Shown here: in pieces, positions 55,301-64,000 of the stretch | How the letters are laid out: every line of letters begins with the position of its first letter | Numbering within the stretch: the stretch's first letter is position 1 | From: a virus | Taxonomy: Duplodnaviria > Caudoviricetes | Virus record (IMG/VR): IMGVR_UViG_3300027991_000002 | Location: 1-64,000 of that record | Reading direction: 5' to 3' (one strand) | Length of the DNA: 64,000 nucleotides | Notes under the pieces: generated by a model | Database searches by the model: none | What the model saw: the letters and a program-made list of their open reading frames with translations, nothing else | What the model was told of the DNA's origin: nothing | Program-made: the position numbers and the translations under genes

Positions 55301-55969
55301 TCATATTACTTGTTTAGATTGTGCCGCATAATTTTGCAACATTTCACTGCTGAGGTTCACGCCTATTTTTCTCAAGAGAATATCACATACCGATTCATGT
55401 GTTATGTCCGGTAGCTCAAGTTGAACTGAATTAGCCGAATCATACACAGGAACTCCGTTGACTATCGTGTAAGCAAACACAGGAGTTACAGGATACCTTA
55501 AATAATAAAGTTTATAATTCCCTTGTGGGTTAAATTCTATCTGTGTTCCGTGCCACTTGCATATCGGATATTCAATGGTTGGTTTTTTTATTTGAGCGAT
55601 ACTTCTGAATGTCCACTCATCGTCATCCACTACTTCGACAGGAAACTCTACTTTCTTTTTGTTATCACAGTCATCGGTTATAGTAGCAGGAAGTCCAAGT
55701 GCTGTGGTATACATATAATCCACAGGGACAGTCGCTAATCCGTTGGTGACTGTAAGTGTAACTGATGTCTTAAATATCCTTAGATTGTTTGGGATTAGAA
55801 GTATAGGTCTGCCATCATTCTTTTCAGGTGAGATACCAAGTGAGTTGGTGATGTAATCGAGTTGGGCAGTAGGAATTAATAAGTTTGCCTCCGATGGCGA
55901 CAGTGTATTTCCGCTCTGTTCCTTATTGGCGCAAAAATTTACGAAGGCGATGACTTGAAAAATATTCAT
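55301..55969 (-). CDS. Head-tail adaptor/ring protein (222 aa)
   Basis: NKEQSG..SPSEANL..YLRYP..VQLELP. Confidence 0.6.
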   Translation of the reverse strand: MNIFQVIAFVNFCANKEQSGNTLSPSEANLLIPTAQLDYITNSLGISPEKNDGRPILLIPNNLRIFKTSVTLTVTNGLATVPVDYMYTTALGLPATITDDCDNKKKVEFPVEVVDDDEWTFRSIAQIKKPTIEYPICKWHGTQIEFNPQGNYKLYYLRYPVTPVFAYTIVNGVPVYDSANSVQLELPDITHESVCDILLRKIGVNLSSEMLQNYAAQSKQVI

Positions 55970-56051
55970 ACATAAATATTATCTTCAAATACCTCTATTG
56001 TTGTCATGGTCGAAACAAATTCGTAATCAAGAGGGGCTGCCGTGTTATTCA

Positions 56052-57161
56052 TTAATCTTGTTTTTGATAGATAAGTGAACCGCTTGCTGTCGCTGTTTCT
56101 GCTCCACCTAATGTGAAGATGAAATTAACCACATCTCCCGCGCTGCCCGAAGCATTTGCCGTGATTGCCGTTCCTTGATTGTTAGTATTAGCCGGGTCGG
56201 CTGCGGTGAAACTTACTACTCCGCCTGTTACTGGTGTACCGTTAATGTCCATTGCGACTGAAATATTATTTGCTGCCGCGCTATCTAAGTTCAACCAAAT
56301 ATCTGTGAGAGTGAAATTATCTCCCATTGTGATTGAGAACTTTCCTGTGCTTAACGCAAAGTCAAGATAGACAGGGAGTGATTGAGTATTGGCGTTTGCA
56401 GATTCTTTACTTGGAGTGATTGCATTTGTTTGAATTGTCAACGCACCTGTATTAGCGATTGCTCCGTCAGAACTCAAAGTTTTTATTTGAGCTATGCTTC
56501 CCGCGCCTGTGTTTCCTGTTATCACTTGCCCGTCAGTCATTGCTTCAAGTTTCTTAACTTCTATTCCTGCCGTGTCACTTATGTCCGCATTGGTAATTAC
56601 TTTAGATGCAAAAGTTGAATTGCCTGCTTTGTCAACATCTACAACTCCTGTAATGACGTTTGCTGCAACGACTCCACCTGCCTGACCCATTGGGATTACT
56701 GAGTCTGCGCTTATGTCTAAAGGAGCAGGGCGATTTGAAACTCCAACTAAAATACTCCCGCTTGCAAGGTCAGCCATCTTACCTACTGTAACTGCTTTAT
56801 CCGTAATGTCTGTCGTTCCTAAATTTGCGTTGCCGTTGATACTTGGTTTTATAACCGTTGCCAGTGAACCTCCTAATTTATATCCTGTCACTTCAAAGTT
56901 ATTTGATGCTACTCCACTTGTGATGTTGTTTCCAAATATGGTGAAGTTGTGACCGTTGAGAATCACCGAACCTAAAAATACCATAGGAAACTCTGCGTAG
57001 TCAGGTGTAGTTCCGTCTGCTGTGATAGTCCAGTCGGCAGCTAACGTCACCGTTCCTGTTGTCTTTAGAAAATATTTTTGCTTGCCATCAGAAGGAAGTA
57101 ACGTTGCCGTCCCGCCTCCTGCGGTGATGTCTATGACTCGTCCACTTGGATATATTGCCAT
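56052..57161 (-). CDS. Virion structural/fibre-like protein (369 aa)
   Basis: G/A/T-rich; ITDKAVTVGKM and ITNADIS repeats. Confidence 0.6.
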   Translation of the reverse strand: MAIYPSGRVIDITAGGGTATLLPSDGKQKYFLKTTGTVTLAADWTITADGTTPDYAEFPMVFLGSVILNGHNFTIFGNNITSGVASNNFEVTGYKLGGSLATVIKPSINGNANLGTTDITDKAVTVGKMADLASGSILVGVSNRPAPLDISADSVIPMGQAGGVVAANVITGVVDVDKAGNSTFASKVITNADISDTAGIEVKKLEAMTDGQVITGNTGAGSIAQIKTLSSDGAIANTGALTIQTNAITPSKESANANTQSLPVYLDFALSTGKFSITMGDNFTLTDIWLNLDSAAANNISVAMDINGTPVTGGVVSFTAADPANTNNQGTAITANASGSAGDVVNFIFTLGGAETATASGSLIYQKQD

Positions 57162-57163
57162 GA

Positions 57164-57880
57164 TTAGAAGTTATAAAGTGTTACTGTGAAAAATCTTGCC
57201 GTTCCTGTCCCTGCGCATTTTAATTTTATCGGAATGATGTTCGCGCTTAAATCAGATACCGCTTGTGATGAGTTTTGAAAGTCGCTGATGCCATATCCCA
57301 TAATGTTGAAGAATCCTAACGAAGTTGCATCTCTCCAAATCTGAATAGTGGTAGCGTCAATCCTGAATACTCTTAGCTTTCCTTTTGCTCCGTAAGTGTT
57401 TACGTCTGCGCCTAAAATGATTGTTGTAGAAACACTCTCAACATCTATCTTTACTTGGTCAGATGAATCAGTGGTTGAAATGTTTAAGAAGAAATCAATA
57501 TCAATATAATCTCCGTCTGACTTTAAAGAATTGGCAGGCATTTGGAATGTAAACACATCGGCTAATGCTCCTGAAAACGCTACTCCTGCGGGAGATGCTA
57601 TTAAACTATTATAGATTACTGCCGAACCACTTGCGCCTGTTGCACCGGGGTCGCCTTGCATGGCAAATCCTTCATCCACCCATCCCGCTCCGCTAAAACT
57701 CCACATTTCCCCTGCGGGAGTGGAATCTCTTTGGATATAAACATCTCCTGCTTTATCAGTGGAGATTATTGTTGGTAGTCCATCGCCAAAACGTGTGGTT
57801 GAACCGTCCACGCCAGCAGGACAGGTGCAAGTTTCTTCTGTTTCGGATGCGCCGCATCCACATGGATTTGTTTCGATCAT
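57164..57880 (-). CDS. Virion protein with a short collagen-like segment (238 aa)
   Basis: GDVYIQRD..MQGDPGATGASG. Confidence 0.55.
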   Translation of the reverse strand: MIETNPCGCGASETEETCTCPAGVDGSTTRFGDGLPTIISTDKAGDVYIQRDSTPAGEMWSFSGAGWVDEGFAMQGDPGATGASGSAVIYNSLIASPAGVAFSGALADVFTFQMPANSLKSDGDYIDIDFFLNISTTDSSDQVKIDVESVSTTIILGADVNTYGAKGKLRVFRIDATTIQIWRDATSLGFFNIMGYGISDFQNSSQAVSDLSANIIPIKLKCAGTGTARFFTVTLYNF

Positions 57881-58476
57881 TTGCAGTTGCAGATATTTTG
57901 CAAGACGGATAAAGTGTACTCCGCTTGCTTTGTTAATTTATTTTTTACTTGTTGTTTTAAGCCGTACAGAAGCACAAATGCCTGCATAGCTTTAAATGAT
58001 TTTCCTTTGTTTGAACAAGAGCAATCACAGATATTCGGGCATTTACACATCACTTCCAAAGCTGCATCTGCCATCAGTTGTGACACGCAACATTCAAGTG
58101 CGCATCCTACTAATATTAAGCACCAAACTTTATAGGTAAATGGATTTCCTGCATCATCAATCCCTGTCACCGTGTAAATAATCTTCAACACCTGTGTTGG
58201 AATACTTGTGGTGTATCCTATCATCGCAGGTGTTACTGTGAATATCGCTCCTGTAATATTTGGTAAAGTCGGATACACATCAACCACATAGGGTATTGCG
58301 GTGTCTTTTGTGGTGATGGTTAAAGTTGCGGTAACGGAATTTCCTATTGTAACATTAGGTAGCCCCCACCCTGTTAAGTTGGTTGGATTTACGTTTGAGT
58401 AAACGCCACTAACGTCCGTTACTTTTAACGAAGCGCAATCACCTGTCGCTACTGCGAATTTGAGTTGTAGAGCCAT
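57877..58476 (-). CDS. Structural protein with a Cys-rich tail
   Basis: Probable start MALQLKF at 58476; CALECC..CKCPNICDCSC. Confidence 0.55.
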   Translation of the reverse strand: MALQLKFAVATGDCASLKVTDVSGVYSNVNPTNLTGWGLPNVTIGNSVTATLTITTKDTAIPYVVDVYPTLPNITGAIFTVTPAMIGYTTSIPTQVLKIIYTVTGIDDAGNPFTYKVWCLILVGCALECCVSQLMADAALEVMCKCPNICDCSCSNKGKSFKAMQAFVLLYGLKQQVKNKLTKQAEYTLSVLQNICNCK

Positions 58477-59666
58477 TAGAATGGTACAAAAGGAATTATA
58501 TCGGATGGTGCGCATACCGTATTAAACGGAGGCGAACCACATTGCGTATTTACAATCTGAACTATGTAGGTTTGCGCTGTTGACAATCCTGTAAGGTCAT
58601 AAAAACTAACTCCGCTTACAGGAACTACTGTCCATGTAGGGCTTCCGAGTAAACGGTATTGAACATTGTTATTTGTTACTCCACCAAAACAGGGCGCAAC
58701 AAAATTCCAATTAACACGCACTGATGTTGGCAATACGTTTGTAATTGTTACAATAGGTGCTTCGCACTCAAATGGAAATGGAGGAGGCAAAGTGTCGTGA
58801 TAAGCAATATCCATAGCCCAAAGAATGTTGGTTAAATTAGGAGGTGCTGTTGCGTCAAAGTTTAACGTGAAAAATGTCGCTTGATTTGCTATCAACGCTT
58901 TTATGTCGCTTAATACATCCAGTCCTGCCATCGTCTGTAAGGCATTACAATTTGCAAGTGCTGTCAGTGTAGAATTAAAATAAGTAAAATTCCCTCTTGA
59001 AGAGAGATACCCTGCTCCCGCACAATTTCCGTTTCCTGTCGTACTTCTAATGGTTGTACCCAATGTAGTTCCATTTACTTTTATCGTTGCAGCGTCACTG
59101 CTTATATTGCAGATATGCGATGTGTCTAACCCTACCGCAACAGGAACTGTATTGTCAATGGGAATAACAAAGTTTAAAGGATATTGCAAAGTCGTACTTG
59201 TCATATTGTACGCATTGAGAAACATACAGTAATTAACTAAATCCATTGCAGGATTTTCATATTCTACCACAAGAGTAAAAGAGGCAAACCTTGCATTTGT
59301 AGTTGATACGGTTTGCGCTGGAACAATAAGCGTATAGTTGTTTATTAAAGGAGATATGTCATTGGTGATGTCTATAACATGAACTGCTGACGTTGAACCG
59401 TATCCATTTGACCAACTATTAGTGACTTGATTGCTTGCGTCAAATGTATAGTTAAATGCGGATGCGCCATTTAAAGTCACCGTTATTGGAGGGCAAACTA
59501 AGAATGGCGCAGATATTTTACCTGCTCGTAAATATGCTTTTCTAATCGTACACCCTGCGGGAATGGAAATAGAAAACGCCCCTGTAGTTGGCAGTATGTC
59601 ACACGGAGGCGTATAGCCGCCTACGGACACACCTCCTTTCCATCTGTCTATAACGTAGAATGCCAT
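58476..59666 (-). CDS. Virion protein with a C-terminal fibronectin type III domain (396 aa)
   Basis: ITNVLPTSVRVNW..VQYRLLGSPTW..YDLTGLSTAQTYIVQI. Confidence 0.65.
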   Translation of the reverse strand: MAFYVIDRWKGGVSVGGYTPPCDILPTTGAFSISIPAGCTIRKAYLRAGKISAPFLVCPPITVTLNGASAFNYTFDASNQVTNSWSNGYGSTSAVHVIDITNDISPLINNYTLIVPAQTVSTTNARFASFTLVVEYENPAMDLVNYCMFLNAYNMTSTTLQYPLNFVIPIDNTVPVAVGLDTSHICNISSDAATIKVNGTTLGTTIRSTTGNGNCAGAGYLSSRGNFTYFNSTLTALANCNALQTMAGLDVLSDIKALIANQATFFTLNFDATAPPNLTNILWAMDIAYHDTLPPPFPFECEAPIVTITNVLPTSVRVNWNFVAPCFGGVTNNNVQYRLLGSPTWTVVPVSGVSFYDLTGLSTAQTYIVQIVNTQCGSPPFNTVCAPSDIIPFVPF

Positions 59667-60392
59667 TTAATTACCTCCCTCCCTTTCTTCTATATTGCCA
59701 GTTTCGCGCAATTCGACATTGGAATCTCCCGACAAATCTTCACAATCATCAACAGCAGGAATAGGGTGAACTTTGTCGCAACATTTCACATTCTTTGTCA
59801 TCCACGTACTCGTTTCAACCATTTGGTCGTACTGGGTTGTAGTGATGCAGTTATCAGATTCAGTTTGGTATTTCGCTGGAATCTCAGGTGCTATGCCACC
59901 ACTCATGGTAACATTCATTTCAATATTACCTAACAGAAACTCTTGTGTGACCGTAACAACTAAGTTTACCGTGTCTCCGTTTTGTGTATAAGGAGCGCAA
60001 AATAAAGCCCCCCATTGGCTTGTCGGAGTGTAACTCCATTGTACTCCGCTTGCTTGTGTTAAAGCATCTACCACTGCGTCCTCTAAATCAGAGAAAGATG
60101 TATAAATCTCTCCTAAGATTATCGGGTTGCCGTTGTAGGTAAAAGTGATGGCATCGAAATCCGTAGGGAGATTCGGGTCTATCGGAGCGAACAGTAATAC
60201 CGAATTAGTATTCCCGCAAGCGTTCTGTCCGGGGTCGCTGATTAGCGTACCAACGGGTATGTAAGCATTAAATGTCGGCTGGGATGCTACAAGCCATGAG
60301 AGTTTACAAAATAAGTTATCCGCACATTCTCTGCCGTTTTTTAACAGGTATGCGTATTCATACGTTAATACTCCGATTTGGCATCCATTCAT
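59667..60392 (-). CDS. Structural protein (241 aa)
   Basis: ORF in the late operon. Confidence 0.55.
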   Translation of the reverse strand: MNGCQIGVLTYEYAYLLKNGRECADNLFCKLSWLVASQPTFNAYIPVGTLISDPGQNACGNTNSVLLFAPIDPNLPTDFDAITFTYNGNPIILGEIYTSFSDLEDAVVDALTQASGVQWSYTPTSQWGALFCAPYTQNGDTVNLVVTVTQEFLLGNIEMNVTMSGGIAPEIPAKYQTESDNCITTTQYDQMVETSTWMTKNVKCCDKVHPIPAVDDCEDLSGDSNVELRETGNIEEREGGN

Positions 60393-61291
60393 CCCACTGT
60401 TTCAGTTTCAAGAAATGAGGTTAATTGCTTTCGCCAATCTCCGCTTTTTACGGATTGCAGCCATATTATAAGCGATTCTTCGGGTTGCTCGGATGCGTTG
60501 TGAACAAAGATTTTTTCTCCTGTTTCTTTTTTTCCGTTGCCTAAATCAATCTGAACATACCACGCTCTTTCTACGGGTTGGTAGATAATCTTTCCTTTTT
60601 CTTTTGCTTCGTAAACAAGTGAAGTGACTTTGAATTGGTCAGTTTTCATCTTTGCCAAGAAATTGGTCGGATTGGCTTTTGCCATCGTCATCAACTCATC
60701 TCTCAACACAACTTCTTTTTTATTTTCGGTATCGGCAATCTGAAATCCTCTTGCAGTGACTCTTAACTGTTCGATGCCTGTAATGTCTTCGATAGACATA
60801 ATGGCTCTTGCTTCTGCGCGTTGACGGTCAACTTTTTCCTGTGATTCTTTTTCTGCATCAAAAACATAGAACAAGTATTCACCTTTGGGTTTTCTTATCT
60901 TATTTAACTCACTGCCTTTTAAATCAGGATGCTCAAGTAAATAAAATGCCGCGTCAAAATCGGTTATCACAATAGGTCGTGTGTAATAAAACTTTAATTC
61001 GTGTCGTGTGTGAACGGCTTTCTCGCCACCTACGGCTGGTGTGTAGTTAAGAACATACGCTACCTGCCTATTGTCTTTGTCCCAATATCTCCATGACACT
61101 CCTTTAGAAGCTGACGCGCTTAATCTCTTATCTCCTTTTTCGTTTTCCTGCATGAAGAAGTCCGCAGGATTCCTTCGGAGTTCAATATTTATATTTCCTT
61201 CTTGCAAGTTGTGTTTTTCCAAAAATGTTTTTTTCATCTTTAGACCGTCACCTTTGGTGAAGTCTATAATCTGGTCGTTAATTACTATCAT
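60389..61291 (-). CDS. Capsid-associated protein (300 aa)
   Basis: Directly downstream of the major capsid gene. Confidence 0.55.
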   Translation of the reverse strand: MIVINDQIIDFTKGDGLKMKKTFLEKHNLQEGNINIELRRNPADFFMQENEKGDKRLSASASKGVSWRYWDKDNRQVAYVLNYTPAVGGEKAVHTRHELKFYYTRPIVITDFDAAFYLLEHPDLKGSELNKIRKPKGEYLFYVFDAEKESQEKVDRQRAEARAIMSIEDITGIEQLRVTARGFQIADTENKKEVVLRDELMTMAKANPTNFLAKMKTDQFKVTSLVYEAKEKGKIIYQPVERAWYVQIDLGNGKKETGEKIFVHNASEQPEESLIIWLQSVKSGDWRKQLTSFLETETVG

Positions 61292-61374
61292 TGTTTTAGC
61301 TATTATTAAGGATGGAAAGACTTATTACTCCTCACCCTGTTATCTGTAAATCGGTACAGACACCGTATTGTAGA

Positions 61375-61405
61375 AATAAGAGGGGGTATCGCTCCCCCTC
61401 TTATT
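61375..61405 (-). terminator. 12-bp perfect hairpin after the capsid gene
   Basis: AATAAGAGGGGG-tatcgct-CCCCCTCTTATT, 10 nt downstream of the stop codon. Confidence 0.65.
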
Positions 61406-61415
61406 GGAATTTTAA

Positions 61416-62795
61416 TTAGACACTGAATAATCCAAACAACTGATTACCTGCGGTGAACTCAAATCCGCCTTCTGCGCGGATATTGTGTTTCGCTATATCA
61501 TTGTCGGTCACGTACTGCGAGGAATTTCCTCCGCTACCTGACGTATCCCATATTTCCATCATACGGTTGTTGCCCGCATAATTTCTGTAACGGTAACGGA
61601 TGGTAGGCAGGTATCCTTCCTGTGACTGTGATGAACCCATCGGCATAAAGAGCATGGTGAAACGGTCTTTAAAGCCCGGTGCGCCTCCTTGTTTTGGATT
61701 CCAGAACAATGGCTGTTGTTGGAAATAATAATTGCGTTCGTTGAACACAATCGCGTTGAATCCGAGATTAGCCACAAGTTTTGAGTTACCTGCGAAATAC
61801 TGTTCTTTCAAATGCTCTGTCGCATATTGAACGTTGGTATTTTTGAGGTAGTTTTGAAGCACTTGGTCTTTTTCGTTGGATGCTTTGTCGCCAATCCAAA
61901 CCATGATGTCATTGCCCGTGAACTCTTGGATGATGGTTTCATCAACTCCATAGAAATCAAGGATTGACATCAGACCCGGTGTGTAGGTGTCTGTGTGTCC
62001 TTTTCTTTTAATGTAGTTAATGTAACCTTCTCCTGTGATGTACGGAGCAGGGTTGCCGTTGGCTGTGGTGTCGGGGTCAGTGATTGACACGGTGTTGCTC
62101 TGTCCATATAATCCTGATGCTGATTGAGCAAGTGCCATTCGGATACTTGCTTCCCATACACCGAGAATATAAGGGGTCATTGCATTTTGTCCAAGCGAAG
62201 TAGTTGTCCACCAAAGGGCTTCTGAACCACCTGCTTGTTGTACGGCTTCTGACCAAATCTGAGTTTTGAAGTTGTCTTTGTCGTACAAACGGAAAACTCC
62301 GGGAGGGGTCTTACCACCCGAGCCTGAGATGTGACCGATAATCGTTATGGTCTCACCTGCTACAAGGGCTGGTAAGTTAGTCGCTGTCAGCGAACGGACT
62401 GTCACCGTTGACAGAGGACTTGAAAGTGCTGTTACAACACCTGTTACGTCTGCTGAAAGAGGGGTTGCGTTAGGATACCTGACAACATCACCTATTCTTA
62501 CATAAGACGAACCTGATACTATATCGGCTGCCTGCAAGGTGATAACCTGCGTTGCGCCTGCGGCTACAACACCGTTTGAGTGAAATGTTTCATAAATAAA
62601 CCCTGCCGTGAACGTTGAAAATATCGGTTGGGTAGTTGGGGCTTTGGCGTTCATCGCTAAAAGCGTGTCGAACATCTTGCCTCCTTGGTCTCCGCGGGCT
62701 TCGATAAGCTGTGCGAGGATTTCGGGTTTTAAGGAATCGGGGATGAGTAAGGCGTTGACCGCATCACTACTCATCGCTACTATTGTATCTGCCAT
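61416..62795 (-). CDS. Major capsid protein (459 aa)
   Basis: Size, position after a scaffold-like gene, downstream hairpin, C-terminal D..KHNIRAEGGFEFTAGN pattern. Confidence 0.75.
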   Translation of the reverse strand: MADTIVAMSSDAVNALLIPDSLKPEILAQLIEARGDQGGKMFDTLLAMNAKAPTTQPIFSTFTAGFIYETFHSNGVVAAGATQVITLQAADIVSGSSYVRIGDVVRYPNATPLSADVTGVVTALSSPLSTVTVRSLTATNLPALVAGETITIIGHISGSGGKTPPGVFRLYDKDNFKTQIWSEAVQQAGGSEALWWTTTSLGQNAMTPYILGVWEASIRMALAQSASGLYGQSNTVSITDPDTTANGNPAPYITGEGYINYIKRKGHTDTYTPGLMSILDFYGVDETIIQEFTGNDIMVWIGDKASNEKDQVLQNYLKNTNVQYATEHLKEQYFAGNSKLVANLGFNAIVFNERNYYFQQQPLFWNPKQGGAPGFKDRFTMLFMPMGSSQSQEGYLPTIRYRYRNYAGNNRMMEIWDTSGSGGNSSQYVTDNDIAKHNIRAEGGFEFTAGNQLFGLFSV

Positions 62796-62817
62796 TTGAG
62801 TTTAGTTTAAAGTTAAA

Positions 62818-63948
62818 TTAACGACCATTTCTTATTGCTTTCACGGTGTTAAAGAACTGCGTGGTCACTGCGTCAGGTTCTTTACCCTTGTTTTCGGTTT
62901 TTTCTCCTGCTTTATTAGGAGAATGAATTGCTGTCTTAACCCTTTCTCTCTCTGCTGCTATGGCTGTATTTACCATGCGGGTTGCTATCGCTTCAAAGTT
63001 TTCTCCCAAAATTTTTGTCCTTACTTCACTCGGTATGGTATCCATTGCATTTTTTTCATTGTAAGGGATGCCTTGCGATGTGAAGTATTCCACCGTTCCG
63101 TCAATAAATTGATTCACCTTTTGGGTTGCTTCACCCTCAACAGCGAACTTGACGTTTAATTCAGTCACGCTTTTGTCGGGGTTTTCAACTTTAAAAGGAA
63201 TAGTGATGTCTTTAGGAACAAACTTGGATGCGTGAGGTTTCCATGTCTCGCGGATTTCGTTTTGTACCTTTTGAACATCGGGAACTTGAGGTACTTCTTG
63301 GGATTTTACTTTAAGAGTTGATAGAAACTCTTTGGCTTTTTTGCCATTGGCTTTCAGTTCACCTTGCGCTAAATAGATATTCTCTAATTCTTCTTCAAGG
63401 CGCGATTTTTCATCGGGGTCAACAGATTCATTTATCTTACCTTGCAAAGCGTTGATGTCTTTTCCTGTTTTGTAGAGAATTTTAACCTTGCGGTCAGCGT
63501 CTTGAGATGTCAGACCATCTTGGAATTGCCACATGAGTTTTACCGCGTCAGCTTCCGTAAGTGATTGCGGGTCTATTCCTCTCATTTGCAAAAACAGGTC
63601 AACATTTCCTTTTGACTGCTTCATCTCGTTGAACTTGATGACTTCTTCGTCTGCGGGCTTGATATAACCGTTGTAATCAGAAAGTTTCTTTTTGGCTTCC
63701 TCTAATTCAACTTGATACTTGTCTCTTTCAGAGAGGAAGATTTTAATGTCTTCAGGCGTAGCGATACGCTCGTCTATGGTCTTGAAATCAAAAACAGGGG
63801 TTTCAACTTTTGGTTGCTCCGCAGGAGTTTCAACTATCGGTGTTTTCACTTCAGGTTGTTCTAATGGAGTTTCAATTTTCGGCTGTTCCGATTTTACTTC
63901 GGGTTTGGCTTCTAATGCTTCTGTGATAAAAGTTGGAATACCTTGCAT
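62818..63948 (-). CDS. Scaffold-like protein (376 aa)
   Basis: Acidic/Pro-rich N-terminus, coiled-coil, directly upstream of the capsid gene. Confidence 0.55.
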   Translation of the reverse strand: MQGIPTFITEALEAKPEVKSEQPKIETPLEQPEVKTPIVETPAEQPKVETPVFDFKTIDERIATPEDIKIFLSERDKYQVELEEAKKKLSDYNGYIKPADEEVIKFNEMKQSKGNVDLFLQMRGIDPQSLTEADAVKLMWQFQDGLTSQDADRKVKILYKTGKDINALQGKINESVDPDEKSRLEEELENIYLAQGELKANGKKAKEFLSTLKVKSQEVPQVPDVQKVQNEIRETWKPHASKFVPKDITIPFKVENPDKSVTELNVKFAVEGEATQKVNQFIDGTVEYFTSQGIPYNEKNAMDTIPSEVRTKILGENFEAIATRMVNTAIAAERERVKTAIHSPNKAGEKTENKGKEPDAVTTQFFNTVKAIRNGR

Positions 63949-64000
63949 AGATTTTTATTTAGGTTACAAAATTGTTCACAAGTTATACGGAATCAAAATA

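Noticed and set aside
1-64000. Stop-codon reassignment (TAG or TGA) as in some crAss-like phages
   Set aside because: Long genes (1589, 1482, 1089 aa) are intact in the standard code, and all three stop codons end plausible genes.

Overview
The window is most of a Bacteroidota-infecting tailed phage genome. The host is inferred from many TAnnTTTG -7 promoter boxes, and the standard genetic code is used. The + strand from 2.6 to 30 kb carries replication genes (SF2 helicase, initiator with 7x11-bp iterons, prim-pol/SF4 primase-helicase, NinB/NinG-like, MTase), many small early ORFs, an SSB and an exonuclease. The - strand from 30 to 64 kb carries lysis genes, tail fibres, three ejection-type proteins, a large tail stabilisation protein, ring proteins, the major capsid protein and a scaffold-like protein, in a podovirus layout resembling crAss-like morphogenesis modules. 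Portal and terminase were not seen in the window. The main discovery is an integron-like cassette array at 23,356-29,470: 11 attC-like hairpins whose GTT/AAC core heptamers match cassette by cassette (11/11), a candidate attI at the right end, and a GIY-YIG nuclease fused to the N-terminal domain of an integron-type tyrosine recombinase with no catalytic domain. Several attC-like sites are 200-835 bp long and hold whole genes or gene starts in their loops. Other oddities include a 101-nt tRNA-shaped RNA with a 30-nt insert where the anticodon loop should be. All family assignments come from motif recognition by eye, not database searches.
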